Origin: a virus
Lineage: Duplodnaviria > Caudoviricetes
DNA: 64,000 nt
Strand: one strand, 5' to 3'
IMG/VR virus record: IMGVR_UViG_3300021430_000864
Location: 1-64,000 of that record
A model generated the notes under the pieces. That model was not told the DNA's origin. It saw only the letters and a list, made by a program, of their open reading frames with translations, and ran no database searches. Below are positions 20,093-33,300 of this stretch, one piece after another. Position 1 is the first letter of the stretch. Every line of letters starts with the position of its first letter. The position numbers were made by a program, and so were the translations under genes.

Positions 20093-20917
20093 ATGAAAAT
20101 TTTAGTAAAAGATAACGACCAAAGTATCATTGTTTCATCAAATCAACATTTTAAGACGGATTTGGGGTGGTCAGACAGTGCTCAACAAATGGAGCAAGAA
20201 ATCCTTTATGACATTATAAATCCCACTGAAAATTATGAAACAGTAAGGTACATACATTCACCATATTCAGTAACTTCAACTTCAGGTACAACATTTAATC
20301 AGACAGATATTTGGTATAGTTTCTATTTTTTAAATGATACAGGAAACTATGTTCAAAATTATGAGGCGGTCGGTATAACACTTGAAGAAAATTCTAAAAT
20401 GTTGAGACAATCAACAGAAAGTTTTTTTAGGTTGGAATTCTATAAAACAAGTAATGATGAATCACCCAATCAAACAAATAGGAGATTGGTTTTTTCAAAA
20501 AATTTAATTTTACCATTAGGTGAAAAAGTTTATTTCACGGGAACTCCAAGTGGTTCAACATATCCATTAAATGATTTCGTTTATGTTCCGGTGTACAATG
20601 GTTCTAATTATAGAAATACCGAGAATATGTACCTATTTTGGTTTGCGGATGACTCACCTTTTAGTGAGACAAACATCACGGGTAACACGTTTTACATGAC
20701 CGCAAAATATTATAATGCTAAGGATGGTACTGTTTTGGATTTTGTAAATAAATCATTGACGTTAGCTGAAGATATTGTAGAAGAAGAAGATGTTTATTAC
20801 AAAGTAATTATAGATAGGACAGATTATTCATATATTATTTATGAATATGATGGAACATTAGGTTCAAGAAGAGGACAAGTTGTGAATCCGATAAACTTTT
20901 ATGAAAGGAAAAAATAA
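20093..20917 (+). CDS. Structural (baseplate region) protein, 274 aa
   Basis: Tightly packed in the late operon. Confidence 0.7.
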   Translation: MKILVKDNDQSIIVSSNQHFKTDLGWSDSAQQMEQEILYDIINPTENYETVRYIHSPYSVTSTSGTTFNQTDIWYSFYFLNDTGNYVQNYEAVGITLEENSKMLRQSTESFFRLEFYKTSNDESPNQTNRRLVFSKNLILPLGEKVYFTGTPSGSTYPLNDFVYVPVYNGSNYRNTENMYLFWFADDSPFSETNITGNTFYMTAKYYNAKDGTVLDFVNKSLTLAEDIVEEEDVYYKVIIDRTDYSYIIYEYDGTLGSRRGQVVNPINFYERKK

Positions 20918-22083
20918 TGGATATTAAACCACCATTAAAATATGAAATACGTAGGAAAAACATTCCTAACCTGAAGTTATATTCTTCTGATGGACCATAT
21001 TGGTACAACAGTTTTGGTAGTTTAATTAAGTGGTCAACATCTCAATATTTAGACCCCTTAGATGGATTCATTGTTTATAATGTTACCGGTAGTACTTTAC
21101 CTTCGGGATATTATATTTGGACAGGAACAACCATTCCAACAAATTCATATGGTGATGAGGGTTGTGATTTAACACTAGAACTGTTTGGGTGGGAAAGTAT
21201 CACCAAAGCAGATGCATACGACGATAATCAACTACCTGTTTATTTAGAAACTTCGATTGATGAAATGGGTGTTATGGTTGGTTTTGATGGTGAATTAGAA
21301 CAAGTTGAACAAATTTGTAATTTTTCATACACACAAACAGGTAACACAGTTCAAGTTTATAATACTGTTGACACTTCGAAAGTTTCTGAATTACATTCAG
21401 TAGATTTTGTGGTTGATTGGGGTGACGGAACAACTTCTATTTTAAGTACAACAGGTATTACTGCAACCAAAGTATATTCAACAACAGGTGAGACAACAAT
21501 TTCGATATCAATCGACACACCGTGGACTCAATTTGAAACTAAAAAAATTGTACAAGTTCCCGCTGATGTTACGGTATTAAACCCACTTGGAACATTCTCA
21601 GGATTCACCATACCATACACAACAATAACAGGACAATCACAAAACTACCTAAACGATTACGATTACAACGGAACATATACCGGTTATACCACATTCACAT
21701 ATGCCGCACTTGGTAAGAGTAGAATTAGTGAAAAGAAACTTTACGGTTCAAACACATATACCGGTGTCACAACAGGTACACTAAATGGGGTATCTTATAG
21801 TGCATATACTATAGATGATTTATACTATCAAGATTTCCAAGACGGTGTAACAACAATAACCGGAACAACTTCAGGCTTTACAAAAGAAGAAGTTATTAAT
21901 ACATTAATAACAAGAAATGAACATTTCTTAGGATTTATAGATGAACCTGTAATCTATTCTGATATTTTCGTTGAGAGAGGAAAACAAGGTGTACTTGAAA
22001 AAACACTGAGATTATCTGAAATAGACAATACGGGTGAACTATCATTTTATGGAAATGGATATTTCAATATAAGAAAACAATAA
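20917..22083 (+). CDS. Structural protein with PKD-like domain
   Basis: FVVDWGDGTT is the PKD-domain signature; TAATG overlap. Confidence 0.65.
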   Translation: MDIKPPLKYEIRRKNIPNLKLYSSDGPYWYNSFGSLIKWSTSQYLDPLDGFIVYNVTGSTLPSGYYIWTGTTIPTNSYGDEGCDLTLELFGWESITKADAYDDNQLPVYLETSIDEMGVMVGFDGELEQVEQICNFSYTQTGNTVQVYNTVDTSKVSELHSVDFVVDWGDGTTSILSTTGITATKVYSTTGETTISISIDTPWTQFETKKIVQVPADVTVLNPLGTFSGFTIPYTTITGQSQNYLNDYDYNGTYTGYTTFTYAALGKSRISEKKLYGSNTYTGVTTGTLNGVSYSAYTIDDLYYQDFQDGVTTITGTTSGFTKEEVINTLITRNEHFLGFIDEPVIYSDIFVERGKQGVLEKTLRLSEIDNTGELSFYGNGYFNIRKQ

Positions 22084-22089
22084 TTTTCA

Positions 22090-22097
22090 TATTTATA
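22090..22097 (+). promoter_or_regulatory. Putative late promoter motif TATTTATA
   Basis: 10 nt before ATG 22108. Confidence 0.6.
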
Positions 22098-22107
22098 TTA
22101 AAAAAAC

Positions 22108-23028
22108 ATGGCAGTAGGAAGTTACGGTATAATTAGACCATCAGATGTTTCTCCAGAGGACGTTGAAATTTATTTTCACTACGTTCCTGATAGAAATGCA
22201 ACATCTACGGTAACACTGAAAAGACTCAATTCCTTAGATGTCTTAACACCTGTGTATCATAATTCTGATACTACGGATGATGTTAGTGCACCTAATGTTG
22301 AGATTTTAGGCGGTTTATATAATTTAAAATTAGGTTCAGATGATTTTTCTGATTTAGGTGTATACACATTACACATTAGACCAAAACAAATAAGAACCAC
22401 AATTACCGATTGTGGTATTTTAGCATCTTTACCTTCTGTTAGAGGTTTAGTAATCGACCTTTCAAATGTCCCTGCGGATGATAGAAATAAATTCACACCA
22501 CAAGGATTGGTTGGATATAGAATTGAATATATAAACTCATCTGATAATAAAAAAATACCTAATTTCTATAGAATCGTAACATCATCTTTCTATTGTACAC
22601 CTATAGTTTCGAATTTAACAAGCACATCACAAAAGGCAATAAGATATCAATATAGTGAACAAGCAACTAACTTGATGTTTTTAACCGTAACACCGTCGTC
22701 AGCACCAACAAACAAACCTAACACAGTACCGTTTATTGGTGTTCCGTCTCAAAAAATTATACTTACAAACACATTTTTAAACCCAACCACACTTGAAATC
22801 GAGATGGTTGAACATGACGCATCTACGTTAGCATACGCATTGTATGGTAATCAAAGTAAAGCGGTTTCACAAGGTATTTACACCATTTACGACAATAACA
22901 ACAATATCTATAGACAGTATAATCTTTATGAGGTTAAAGACGAATTTAATGAAACACTATATGAAATTCGTGAAGAAAGAGGTGATATTGATGAAACCCT
23001 AAATTTTGATACTATTACAGAAGTATAA
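22108..23028 (+). CDS. Structural (baseplate region) protein, 306 aa
   Basis: Late motif upstream; TAATG coupling to next gene. Confidence 0.7.
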   Translation: MAVGSYGIIRPSDVSPEDVEIYFHYVPDRNATSTVTLKRLNSLDVLTPVYHNSDTTDDVSAPNVEILGGLYNLKLGSDDFSDLGVYTLHIRPKQIRTTITDCGILASLPSVRGLVIDLSNVPADDRNKFTPQGLVGYRIEYINSSDNKKIPNFYRIVTSSFYCTPIVSNLTSTSQKAIRYQYSEQATNLMFLTVTPSSAPTNKPNTVPFIGVPSQKIILTNTFLNPTTLEIEMVEHDASTLAYALYGNQSKAVSQGIYTIYDNNNNIYRQYNLYEVKDEFNETLYEIREERGDIDETLNFDTITEV

Positions 23029-26000
23029 TGGCAAGAAGGAAAGTACCAAGTCAAGCGGCTAGTGGAGCAGAAACATTTAATGATTTTTTAGTTGGTAGAC
23101 AAATCACTGACGGAACATCCGCGCTTACCAACACTGTTTTTGCACTTGATAAAGTAATTCCACAAAAAGATTCAAAAACATTTAGAACAAATCCATTTTC
23201 TGAGTTTCTAACATTAGAAACTTTAAAAGAAAACGAAAGTGTTCAAACTACAACGACAACATCAAAAAAAAGAAGTGATGAAGTAAGATTTAGAGGTAAT
23301 AAAAAATATGCCGATAAATCTTTATTTGGTTCATTAAAAAGTAGAATCTTAGTTTCAATAACAAGAATTATTGAAAAATTCCCTGCAGCACTTTCGGTTG
23401 TTGCAAATACACCTATTGGTAATTCACCATATAGTGCAAAAGATATTATTTATGACGATAGTTCAAATATCACCACATTCTTTATAGAAAGAAGTAAAAT
23501 TTTTAACCCATTCGACATATCTTTAATTGAACCGGTTTCATTAATAAAACCGGAAACGGAAAATGAGTTAAGAAATTTTTATTCTTCATTCACAAAATAT
23601 GTGTTAGAGGTTAATAAAACACCCTATCCTATTTTAGAATATAGTGAACCAAACACGTTAAATTTAATTCAACTTAGAGTATTTGGTAAACCATTTACCG
23701 GTTCAACCTATTCAGAAAATATTTTAATTAGACCAAATGACGGTTTAGTTGAAGAATTTTTCTTAGGATTAGATGATTTAGAAGAATCGGTTTTAAACAG
23801 AGAAACCGACCCAATATATACATCAACATTTAAAGTACCAAAAGATAGTTTAGATGGTTCTAAAACATCGTTAGTGGATGTTAGTTATTCGTGGCCAATT
23901 GCTAGTGATGGTTACAACATACAAATCATAGGTATCGACTTTGATGACTATGTGACAAAATTAAAAGACATTGCGGATGAAATTGACAATTATAAATCTA
24001 ATTTAACTGTTAGATTTTTAGCAGCACCTCAATTATTTGAATTTGACACCGAAGATAAAAGAGCTGAGAGTGTTTTCCAATTATATGGACAAAGTTTCGA
24101 TAGTGTAAAAAAGTACATCGATAACATTGCTTATATGAGGAATGTTAGTTATGACAAAATTAATAACATTCCCGATGTTTTATTAAAAAACTTAGCAGAA
24201 AACCTTGGTTTATCAACAATCAATTTATTTGACGAAAAGAGTTTAGATGAGGTACTATATTCAAGGATTGAATCGAACTACGGTGGTGTCCCAACAGGAA
24301 CAAACTTAGTTGAGGCGGAATATGAATTCTACAGAAGATTATTAGTTAATTTAGCGTACATATATAAATCAAAAGGTACAAGAGCATCTATTGATTTCTT
24401 TTTAAGATTCTTGGGGGCACCTGAACCTTTAATTAAAATTGATGAATACATTTATCGTGTAACATCAATGCCGGCTAGTTTTAATTTACAACAAGACATC
24501 TATGATGTAATCCAAGGTAATAAGGTCTATTATTATGCAACTTTTGACCCTACAGGGTTCACATATACACAAGTTTCATATACTGCAACAACAACATACA
24601 ATAGAGATGGTTATCCTGTTGATGAAATTACAGGACTACCAAGAAGAGCATACAACGAAACTGAGGGTATTTTCTACCAAAAAGGTTCGGGTTGGTATGA
24701 TATAACCTTAAATCATCGTTCACCATTGGTTTTAGATGATAGTAATTCGGATTTAACAGGTAGAACAAAAACAATTATCACCAAAAACAAATCGTATAGT
24801 TATGGTGAGGAATATTTTGACCAATTTAGGACTTTACCAGGTTTAGATACGGGTTATAATCTTGTATTAGATATTGACAACAAAAAAGGTGGACAAATTG
24901 AAGATGATTCAATTTTAATCCTAAATAGAAAAAACATAGGTATCTATATTTCACCGGCAAAAGGTGTTGATTATGATATTTTCAGACAATCAAGAGAACT
25001 TGAAATTTCTTTTGGTAGTAACACCCTATATCCACAAACAGGTAAAACTTTCGCAGAGTTCTTAAATACGTTTATACATACTCTTGTAACAAATTCAAAT
25101 AAGATTCGTTACAAGAAAAATTATATACAACTTGAGGATGTTTATAGAGATTACCTTTCTCAAACAACAGGATTCACCCCTTATCATCAAATAGATGTTA
25201 CAGAATTCGTTAACAGAGTTTCACCATATTGGCCACAACTTGTGGAACAATTAGTTCCGTCAACAACACTTTGGACAGGAGGTAATTTAATTGAGAATAA
25301 TGTCTTTGGTAGACCAAAATATCAGTACAAATTCGATTGTCAACCACTCGAATTTATTGAATCATTATATCCTAATTTTGAATCGGTAATTGAAGAAGAC
25401 CTAGAAAACATTTTGGGGGAGGAAGTGAACTTTAGAGCACTATTAAATTTAACAGGAATGACTTATTATCCTGTTATTGAAATTGATGGTGTTATTTATG
25501 GAGGTGCAGACTATTCAGGATTAACACCTTCAATGTATGTTGTGGTGAGTGGTACTTCAAACACATCAACAACCGCAAAATTGTTTGACCCACAACCATT
25601 TACAGGATGTACAAGTGGTGTTACAAGTGGTGACACAACAAACTTATCATTAATCTGTGATTATAAAAATTATTTATCACCTGATTCTACTAAAATTAAA
25701 GAATTGTGGTTAAGTGCAATAAATGAATTAATTTCAGATATTACAATTACACGAAATAGTGCCGGCTATGAACCATATGGACCATTTACAGGAACAACCG
25801 GTCAAACGTACTACTCGGAAACTATCCCATTAATAAAATATGGGACATTTACCGACGAAAATGGTGTTGAAAAAATTAAATTTTCATCAGTAAAGTTAGG
25901 ACCAAATGAATGTTCAGTATCCGATTATTTTGATTATCGTTTTGAGGTTGACTATGATATTACAAAAAGTAGTAATGGTATAAGTGTACATGTTTATAGT

Positions 26001-27266
26001 GATAATCAGGCATATTGTGATACTCCTAGTGGTTGTACAATGATTACTGATTTATTTATTGAGGTAATCGGATACAAAACAGGGGTACAACAGGGTTCTG
26101 ATTGGTCATTCTATATTTACGCAAACTGTGTTAGTGGTAATAACCAAAATGCGGATGTTTATATTGAAAAAGTTAGTGATTGTATTTTTAAACTAACAGG
26201 TGTTAGTGAAAATGATATAATAGATTTTAATGTCATAGATGCAGCAAATAAAGAAGTTAAATTTAGAATTGAAGGTTTACAAGCAAAAGTTGAACACGAC
26301 CCATGTCCCGAACCAAATGGTAAAAGTCACGTTGAATTATTCAATATTGCCTCATATCAAGGTAGTATTAGTAACCCAATTTCAATAATATCAGGTGCAA
26401 CGTATTGTGACAACTATACCGGTTACACAATACAACCTAAAGTTGAATATAAATCTAATTTTAATTATGGTTTAAAATGTGAATCAACTGTTTTAGTTGT
26501 TGATAGTGGTTTAACAATAGACAATACCACCACGTACCAAGATATCCAAAATTATATTTCAGGTGGAACTATAACAGAAAAAAATGTTTGTGATTTAACA
26601 GTTGGTGAATTTGTTTTATCGGCAAATTACTTACCATGTACAAGTTATAGCCACCAACAAATTTTAGATGGTTCATCCTCGGGTTATTCGTTCACGTTTG
26701 AATATGTAAAACTTGAAATAAGTGATATTGAGTGTTTAGGTTCGGTTAAGAAAAGTATTATTACGGGACAAACATCAAGTGGTGATTATGAAATTTTTGA
26801 AGTATTACCAACAACACAACTTAGAGTTTATACAAATAAAATTGTTGAAAATTTTGGTGTACCTACGAACAGTATTTATTTCTTTGATGATAGATTCCCT
26901 GAAGAATTACAAACAAAACCTTTAGATTTTATTGAACCATGCTGTGACCACCCAAAAGAACTATACAATCATGGTGATTATTTAATAAATCAATACGGTA
27001 ATCTTATTGAGGTAATAGGTGTTGATTTAAATTATTGTGAATCAAATTTATATTTTAATTTAAATTTCGAATTAGATGATAACCCAATTAATGAAGAATA
27101 TGTTGTTGTTTTCAATGGAAACGATGAACACCAAATATTGATGAGACATAAGTATGAAACTCATCCTAATATGAGTTTTAATTTAGGTCAATATTATATT
27201 GATGAAAACTGGTGTCCTGAAGAACCAACCAATGAAGAACTATCTAACTCAGTTTTTGGTTGCTAA
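23028..27266 (+). CDS. Large baseplate wedge protein (gp7/P2-I-like motif), 1412 aa
   Basis: IYKSKGTRASIDFFLRFLG matches the Y..KGT...I..L motif of gp7/tail-protein-I-like wedge subunits; ends in Cys. Confidence 0.6.
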   Translation: MARRKVPSQAASGAETFNDFLVGRQITDGTSALTNTVFALDKVIPQKDSKTFRTNPFSEFLTLETLKENESVQTTTTTSKKRSDEVRFRGNKKYADKSLFGSLKSRILVSITRIIEKFPAALSVVANTPIGNSPYSAKDIIYDDSSNITTFFIERSKIFNPFDISLIEPVSLIKPETENELRNFYSSFTKYVLEVNKTPYPILEYSEPNTLNLIQLRVFGKPFTGSTYSENILIRPNDGLVEEFFLGLDDLEESVLNRETDPIYTSTFKVPKDSLDGSKTSLVDVSYSWPIASDGYNIQIIGIDFDDYVTKLKDIADEIDNYKSNLTVRFLAAPQLFEFDTEDKRAESVFQLYGQSFDSVKKYIDNIAYMRNVSYDKINNIPDVLLKNLAENLGLSTINLFDEKSLDEVLYSRIESNYGGVPTGTNLVEAEYEFYRRLLVNLAYIYKSKGTRASIDFFLRFLGAPEPLIKIDEYIYRVTSMPASFNLQQDIYDVIQGNKVYYYATFDPTGFTYTQVSYTATTTYNRDGYPVDEITGLPRRAYNETEGIFYQKGSGWYDITLNHRSPLVLDDSNSDLTGRTKTIITKNKSYSYGEEYFDQFRTLPGLDTGYNLVLDIDNKKGGQIEDDSILILNRKNIGIYISPAKGVDYDIFRQSRELEISFGSNTLYPQTGKTFAEFLNTFIHTLVTNSNKIRYKKNYIQLEDVYRDYLSQTTGFTPYHQIDVTEFVNRVSPYWPQLVEQLVPSTTLWTGGNLIENNVFGRPKYQYKFDCQPLEFIESLYPNFESVIEEDLENILGEEVNFRALLNLTGMTYYPVIEIDGVIYGGADYSGLTPSMYVVVSGTSNTSTTAKLFDPQPFTGCTSGVTSGDTTNLSLICDYKNYLSPDSTKIKELWLSAINELISDITITRNSAGYEPYGPFTGTTGQTYYSETIPLIKYGTFTDENGVEKIKFSSVKLGPNECSVSDYFDYRFEVDYDITKSSNGISVHVYSDNQAYCDTPSGCTMITDLFIEVIGYKTGVQQGSDWSFYIYANCVSGNNQNADVYIEKVSDCIFKLTGVSENDIIDFNVIDAANKEVKFRIEGLQAKVEHDPCPEPNGKSHVELFNIASYQGSISNPISIISGATYCDNYTGYTIQPKVEYKSNFNYGLKCESTVLVVDSGLTIDNTTTYQDIQNYISGGTITEKNVCDLTVGEFVLSANYLPCTSYSHQQILDGSSSGYSFTFEYVKLEISDIECLGSVKKSIITGQTSSGDYEIFEVLPTTQLRVYTNKIVENFGVPTNSIYFFDDRFPEELQTKPLDFIEPCCDHPKELYNHGDYLINQYGNLIEVIGVDLNYCESNLYFNLNFELDDNPINEEYVVVFNGNDEHQILMRHKYETHPNMSFNLGQYYIDENWCPEEPTNEELSNSVFGC

Positions 27267-27289
27267 AAATGGTCAATAAAAAAAATTAC

Positions 27290-27321
27290 ATTGATTTTAT
27301 GACATTAACTGAGTATATTTT
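27290..27321 (+). promoter_or_regulatory. Host-type promoter ATTG-N20-TATATTTT upstream of the giant PTS gene
   Basis: ATTG 27290-27293, TATATTTT 27314-27321; no TATTTAT motif in this intergenic region. Confidence 0.45.
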
Positions 27322-27359
27322 TAAAATAAAAATACATATAGAGAACAGCATATTTTTAA

Positions 27360-30300
27360 ATGGCATTAATAAAGATAAACACAGGTAATTTTGATGGTGA
27401 GACCGGAATTATAACATTTTATCCTTGCACGGGTGGTACAATAAGTTTAGGTACTGTCGTGATGCCATATTATTATGAAACAAATTATTACTTAGGTACA
27501 TATTCTGTTTTCTTTCCGGCATTAGATAAAACGTGTGTTGCTGAGATACCATGTCCGACACCTTCTTCAACCCCAACTCCTACAACAACACCGACTGCCA
27601 CTCCAACACCTTCAATTACTCCGACACTTACTCCGACACCTACAAGAACCCCTACAAGAACTCCGTCACCTACAAGAACTCCATCGGTAACGACAACACC
27701 ATCCCCGTCAGTTACTCCATCAATCACACCTTCAGCATCACCTGAAGTAACACCTACTATTACCCCAACTGTAACTCCAAGTACGAGTGTTACACCGACC
27801 GAGACTCCAACGGTAACACCGACTGTTACCCCATCGACATCGGTAACGCCAACTGTTACCCCAAGTGAGACACCATCTTTAACGCCAACTGTTACCCCAT
27901 CGACATCGGTAACCCCTACAGTCACACCAAGTGAAACACCAACTGTTACACCAACTGTGACATCTACAGTCACACCGACCATAACACCAAGTGAGAGTGT
28001 CACTCCTACGGTTACTCCGAGTGAAACACCAACAGTTACACCCACAATTACTCCTAGTGTGTCAGTTACCCCAACATTAACACCTACTGAAACACCAACA
28101 AATACACCAACTGTAACCCCAAGCACTAGTGTGACCCCTACAGTCACACCAAGTGAAACGCCAACTATTACTCCTACTATTACTCCATCAACATCGATAA
28201 CTCCAACGGTTACACCGACTGAGACTCCTACTATAACACCAACTGTAACGCCTTCAACAAGTGTTACGCCGACCGTTACTGCTACTGTCACACCAACCAT
28301 AACACCAACTATCACACCTAGTACTTCTATAACACCAACGGTAACCCCAAGTGAGACACCCGCTATTACACCGAGTTTAACTCCAACTACATCTGTAACA
28401 CCAACAATCACCCCTACAGTTACCGAAACGGTAACACCAACAGTTACACCATCAACAAGTGTTACACCGACCGTTACTGCAACAGTAACACCTACTGTTA
28501 CACCTTCAACTAGTGTAACCCCGACCGTTACATCAACCGTTACCCCAACTATAACACCGACAATCACTCCAAGCACATCAGTAACACCAACTGTTACTGC
28601 GACTGTTAGTGCAACAGTAACACCAACCATTACACCCACAACGAGTATTACCCCTACGGTAACCCCAACCGAGACACCAACCATTACTCCTACTATTACT
28701 CCATCAACATCGATAACTCCAACGGTTACACCGACTGAGACCCCCACTATAACGCCGACAATCACTCCATCAACAAGTGTTACCCCTACGGTAACACCAA
28801 CTGTTACTTCAACTGTAACACCAACCGTGACTCCAAGCACATCAGTAACACCAACTGTTACACCCACTGAAACACCGACAATCACACCAACTGTTACTCC
28901 AAGTAGTTCTGTTACACCGACAATCACACCAACTGTTACTTCAACTGTAACACCGACAATCACTCCAAGCACATCAGTAACACCCACAACTTCAGTAACT
29001 CCAACGGTGACATCGACTATTACCCCTACAGTAACACCTAGTGTTTCTGTTACCCCAACTATTACACCTACTATCACACCCACGGTAACACCATCCACTT
29101 CTGTTACACCAAGTACCTCAGTTACCCCAAGTTTCACACCGACTGTAACCGCGACCGTTACTCCTACGGTAACACCAACACCCGCACCATCATGTGATAT
29201 TGATTATACAAGATTACCGTCACCAACTCCAACCACAACACCAACACCATCTTTAACACCTACAGTGACACCAACAATTACTGCCACTATAACACCAACC
29301 ATTACACCAAGTACATCAATTACTCCTACCGTAACCTCAACCATCACTCCAACTGTAACACCAAGTACTTCTGTAACACCAACGATTACCACTACAGTTA
29401 CCCCTACGGTAACACCATCAGTATCGGTAACTCCAACTATTACCCCAACCGTAACCGCAACAGTAACACCTACAGTAACCCCAAGTACTTCAATTACACC
29501 AACATTGACATCAACTGTTACTCCGACAGTAACACCAACTATAACACCATCAACAAGTGTTACACCAAGTGTAACTCCAACAATTAGTGCAACAGTTACA
29601 CCAACCATCACACCTACAACGAGTATTACTCCAACAGTAACCCCAACAATTAGTGCAACAGTTACACCAACTGTAACTCCAAGCACTTCTATTACCCCTA
29701 CAGTAACTCCAACATTGACGGCAACTGTAACACCCACTGTTACCCCATCAGTATCAGTAACTCCAACAGTAACTCCGAGTACATCAGTAACACCAACTAT
29801 AACATCTACTGTAACTGCGACAATAACACCTACTGTCACTCCAAGTGTATCAGTAACACCTACTATTACTCCAACAAGAACAGCATCGGTTACGCCAACT
29901 ATAACTCCAACTATAACACCATCAACAAGTGTTACCCCAACCATTACACCAACAGTAACTCCAACTATAACTCCAACTATAACACCAAGTACTTCTGTAA
30001 CACCTACAGTAACCCCAACAGTAACACCGTCAAGTTCGGTGACACCTACCATAACACCTACTATTAGTGCTACTATAACACCTACAGTAACACCTTCAAC
30101 AAGTGTCACCCCATCAACTTCAGTTACTGCAACAGTTACACCAACAATTACTCCAACAGTAACACCTAGTGTATCTGTTACACCAACTATTACAACAACT
30201 CAAACGCCAACAGTAACTCCTTCAACTTCAGTTACCCCAACTATAACCCCTACGATAACACCAACTATCACCCCAAGTACTTCAGTTACCCCAACGGTGA

Positions 30301-33300
30301 CTGCAACTATTACTCCCACAATCACACCAACCGTTACCCCGAGTAGTTCGGTAACACCAACTATAACGCCAACAATTACACCAACAGTAACCTCAACAGT
30401 AACACCGACAGTTACTCCATCGGTATCAGTAACACCAACAATTACTCCTACGGTTAGTGCTACAGTTACACCAACGATAACCCCAAGCACAAGTGTGACC
30501 CCTTCAACGAGTGTAACACCAACAGTAACCCCTACCATTACACCAACGGTAACCCCTACGGTAACCCCAAGTACATCTATAACTCCAACTATAACACCAA
30601 CTATAACCCCTACTCAAACACCATCAACATCGGTAACTCCAACTATTACCGCAACAATTACACCCACAATTACCCCAACTATAACACCATCAACATCGGT
30701 AACTCCCACTATAACACCAACATTAACAGCAACTGTTACACCTACGGTAACCCCAACAGTAACTCCAAGTACTTCGGTTACACCATCAACATCAGTAACA
30801 CCTTCAACAAGTGTTACCCCAACCATAACCCCAACAGTTACACCAACCGTAACTGCAACTGTGACTCCAACAAGAACACCAAGTACTACAGTAACCCCAA
30901 CAGTAACTCCAAGTACGAGTGTTACACCATCTATAACTCCAACAATTACACCAACAATCACCGCAACAGTAACACCTACAGTAACACCATCAACTAGTGT
31001 AACACCATCAACATCAGTTACACCAACTGTTACTGCAACCATTACTCCAACCATTACTCCAACAGTAACACCATCAACATCGGTTACTCCGACTGTTACT
31101 CCAACTATTACTCCTACGATAACACCTACAGTAACACCATCAACAAGTATTACCCCAACCATTACACCAACAATTACTCCTACTGTAACATCAACTGTAA
31201 CTCCCTCAACTTCTGTTACACCAACTATTACCCCTACAGTAACACCTACGGTTACACCGTCAACATCTATTACACCAACCATCACACCGACAAGAACGGC
31301 ATCAGTAACACCTACTATAACCCCTACGGTCACACCAAGTACATCGGTAACTCCATCAACAAGTGTTACTCCAAGTACTTCTATTACACCAACAGTTACA
31401 CCTACAAGAACAGCATCAGTAACTCCAACAATTACACCAACGGTTACACCTTCAACTTCAGTAACTCCAACAATTACACCTACAATTACTCCTACGGTAA
31501 CCCCAAGTACTTCGGTAACACCGACAGTGACACCAACGGTGACTCCGACAGTTACATCTAGTACATCAGTTACTCCTACAATAACACCTACAAGAACCGC
31601 AACAGTTACACCTAGTACATCGGTAACACCTACAATAACACCAACAATTACTTCAACTATAACGCCTACAGTGACCCCAACGGTGACTCCATCGACTAGT
31701 GTTACACCATCAACAAGTATTACCCCAACTGTAACACCATCAGTTACTCCAACAATAACCCCAACAATAACCCCAACAAGAACCCCAAGTACATCGGTAA
31801 CACCGACAGTAACTCCAAGTACATCGGTAACACCTACAAGAACAGCATCAGTAACACCTACTATAACCCCTACGGTCACACCAAGTACATCAGTTACACC
31901 AACAATTACACCTACCGTTACACCATCAACATCAGTAACTCCTACTATCACTCCAACGGTTACGCCAACCATTACCCCTACAAGAACACCAAGTACATCG
32001 GTAACTCCTAGTACATCTATAACTCCCACTGTTACGCCAACCATTACCCCTACAAGAACACCAAGTACATCAGTTACCCCATCAGTTACCTCATCGGTTA
32101 CACCTACGGTTACACCATCAACTAGTGTTACACCAACTATTACTCCAACAAGAACACCAAGTGTATCCGTTACACCAACCATTACACCTACCATAACACC
32201 TACTGTAACCCCAACTATTACACCATCAACAAGTGTTACACCATCAACAAGTATAACACCTACTATTACTCCAACAAGAACGGCATCAGTAACTCCGACG
32301 GTTACGCCAAGTACGTCAGTAACTCCATCAACTAGTATTACTCCAACCATTACACCAACCATCACACCAACAAGAACCGCATCGTTAACACCAACAGTTA
32401 CTCCAAGTACATCTATTACACCGAGTACATCAGTAACTCCATCAACTAGCGTTACTCCAACTATTACACCAAGTGTTACACCAACCATTACCCCTACAAG
32501 AACACCTAGTACATCGGTTACACCAAGTGTGACCCCAACCATCACACCAACAAGAACACCATCAACAAGTGTTACACCAAGTGTAACTCCAACAAGAACA
32601 GCATCAGTTACTCCAAGTACTTCTATTACACCATCAATTACACCAAGTAGAACACCATCTATCACCCCAACAGTTACCCCAAGTACTTCTATTACACCAT
32701 CAATTACACCAAGTAGAACACCATCTATCACCCCAACAATCACTCCAACTATCACACCTTCAACAAGTATAACACCTACTATTACTCCAACAAGAACGGC
32801 ATCAGTAACTCCGACGATTACACCAACGGTTACTCCATCAACTTCAATAACACCGAGTGTTACACCATCTGTCACACCAAGTAGAACACCATCTATCACC
32901 CCAACAGTTACACCTTCAACAAGTGTAACACCATCCATCACACCAACAGTAACCCCTAGTACATCAGTAACACCTTCGATTACACCATCTAGAACGCCAA
33001 GTATAACACCTACGGTTACACCATCAACATCAATTACTCCAACAGTAACACCTTCAACAAGTGTAACACCTTCGATTACTCCATCGAGAACACCAACCAT
33101 TACCCCTACAAGAACACCATCAACTTCAATAACACCAAGTGTTACTCCATCGAGAACACCATCAATCACACCAACGGTTACACCAAGTACGTCAATAACA
33201 CCATCTATTACCCCATCTATTACCCCAACCATCACACCTAGCACATCAGTTACACCAAGTGTAACCCCATCAAGAACACCATCTATAACACCAACCATAA

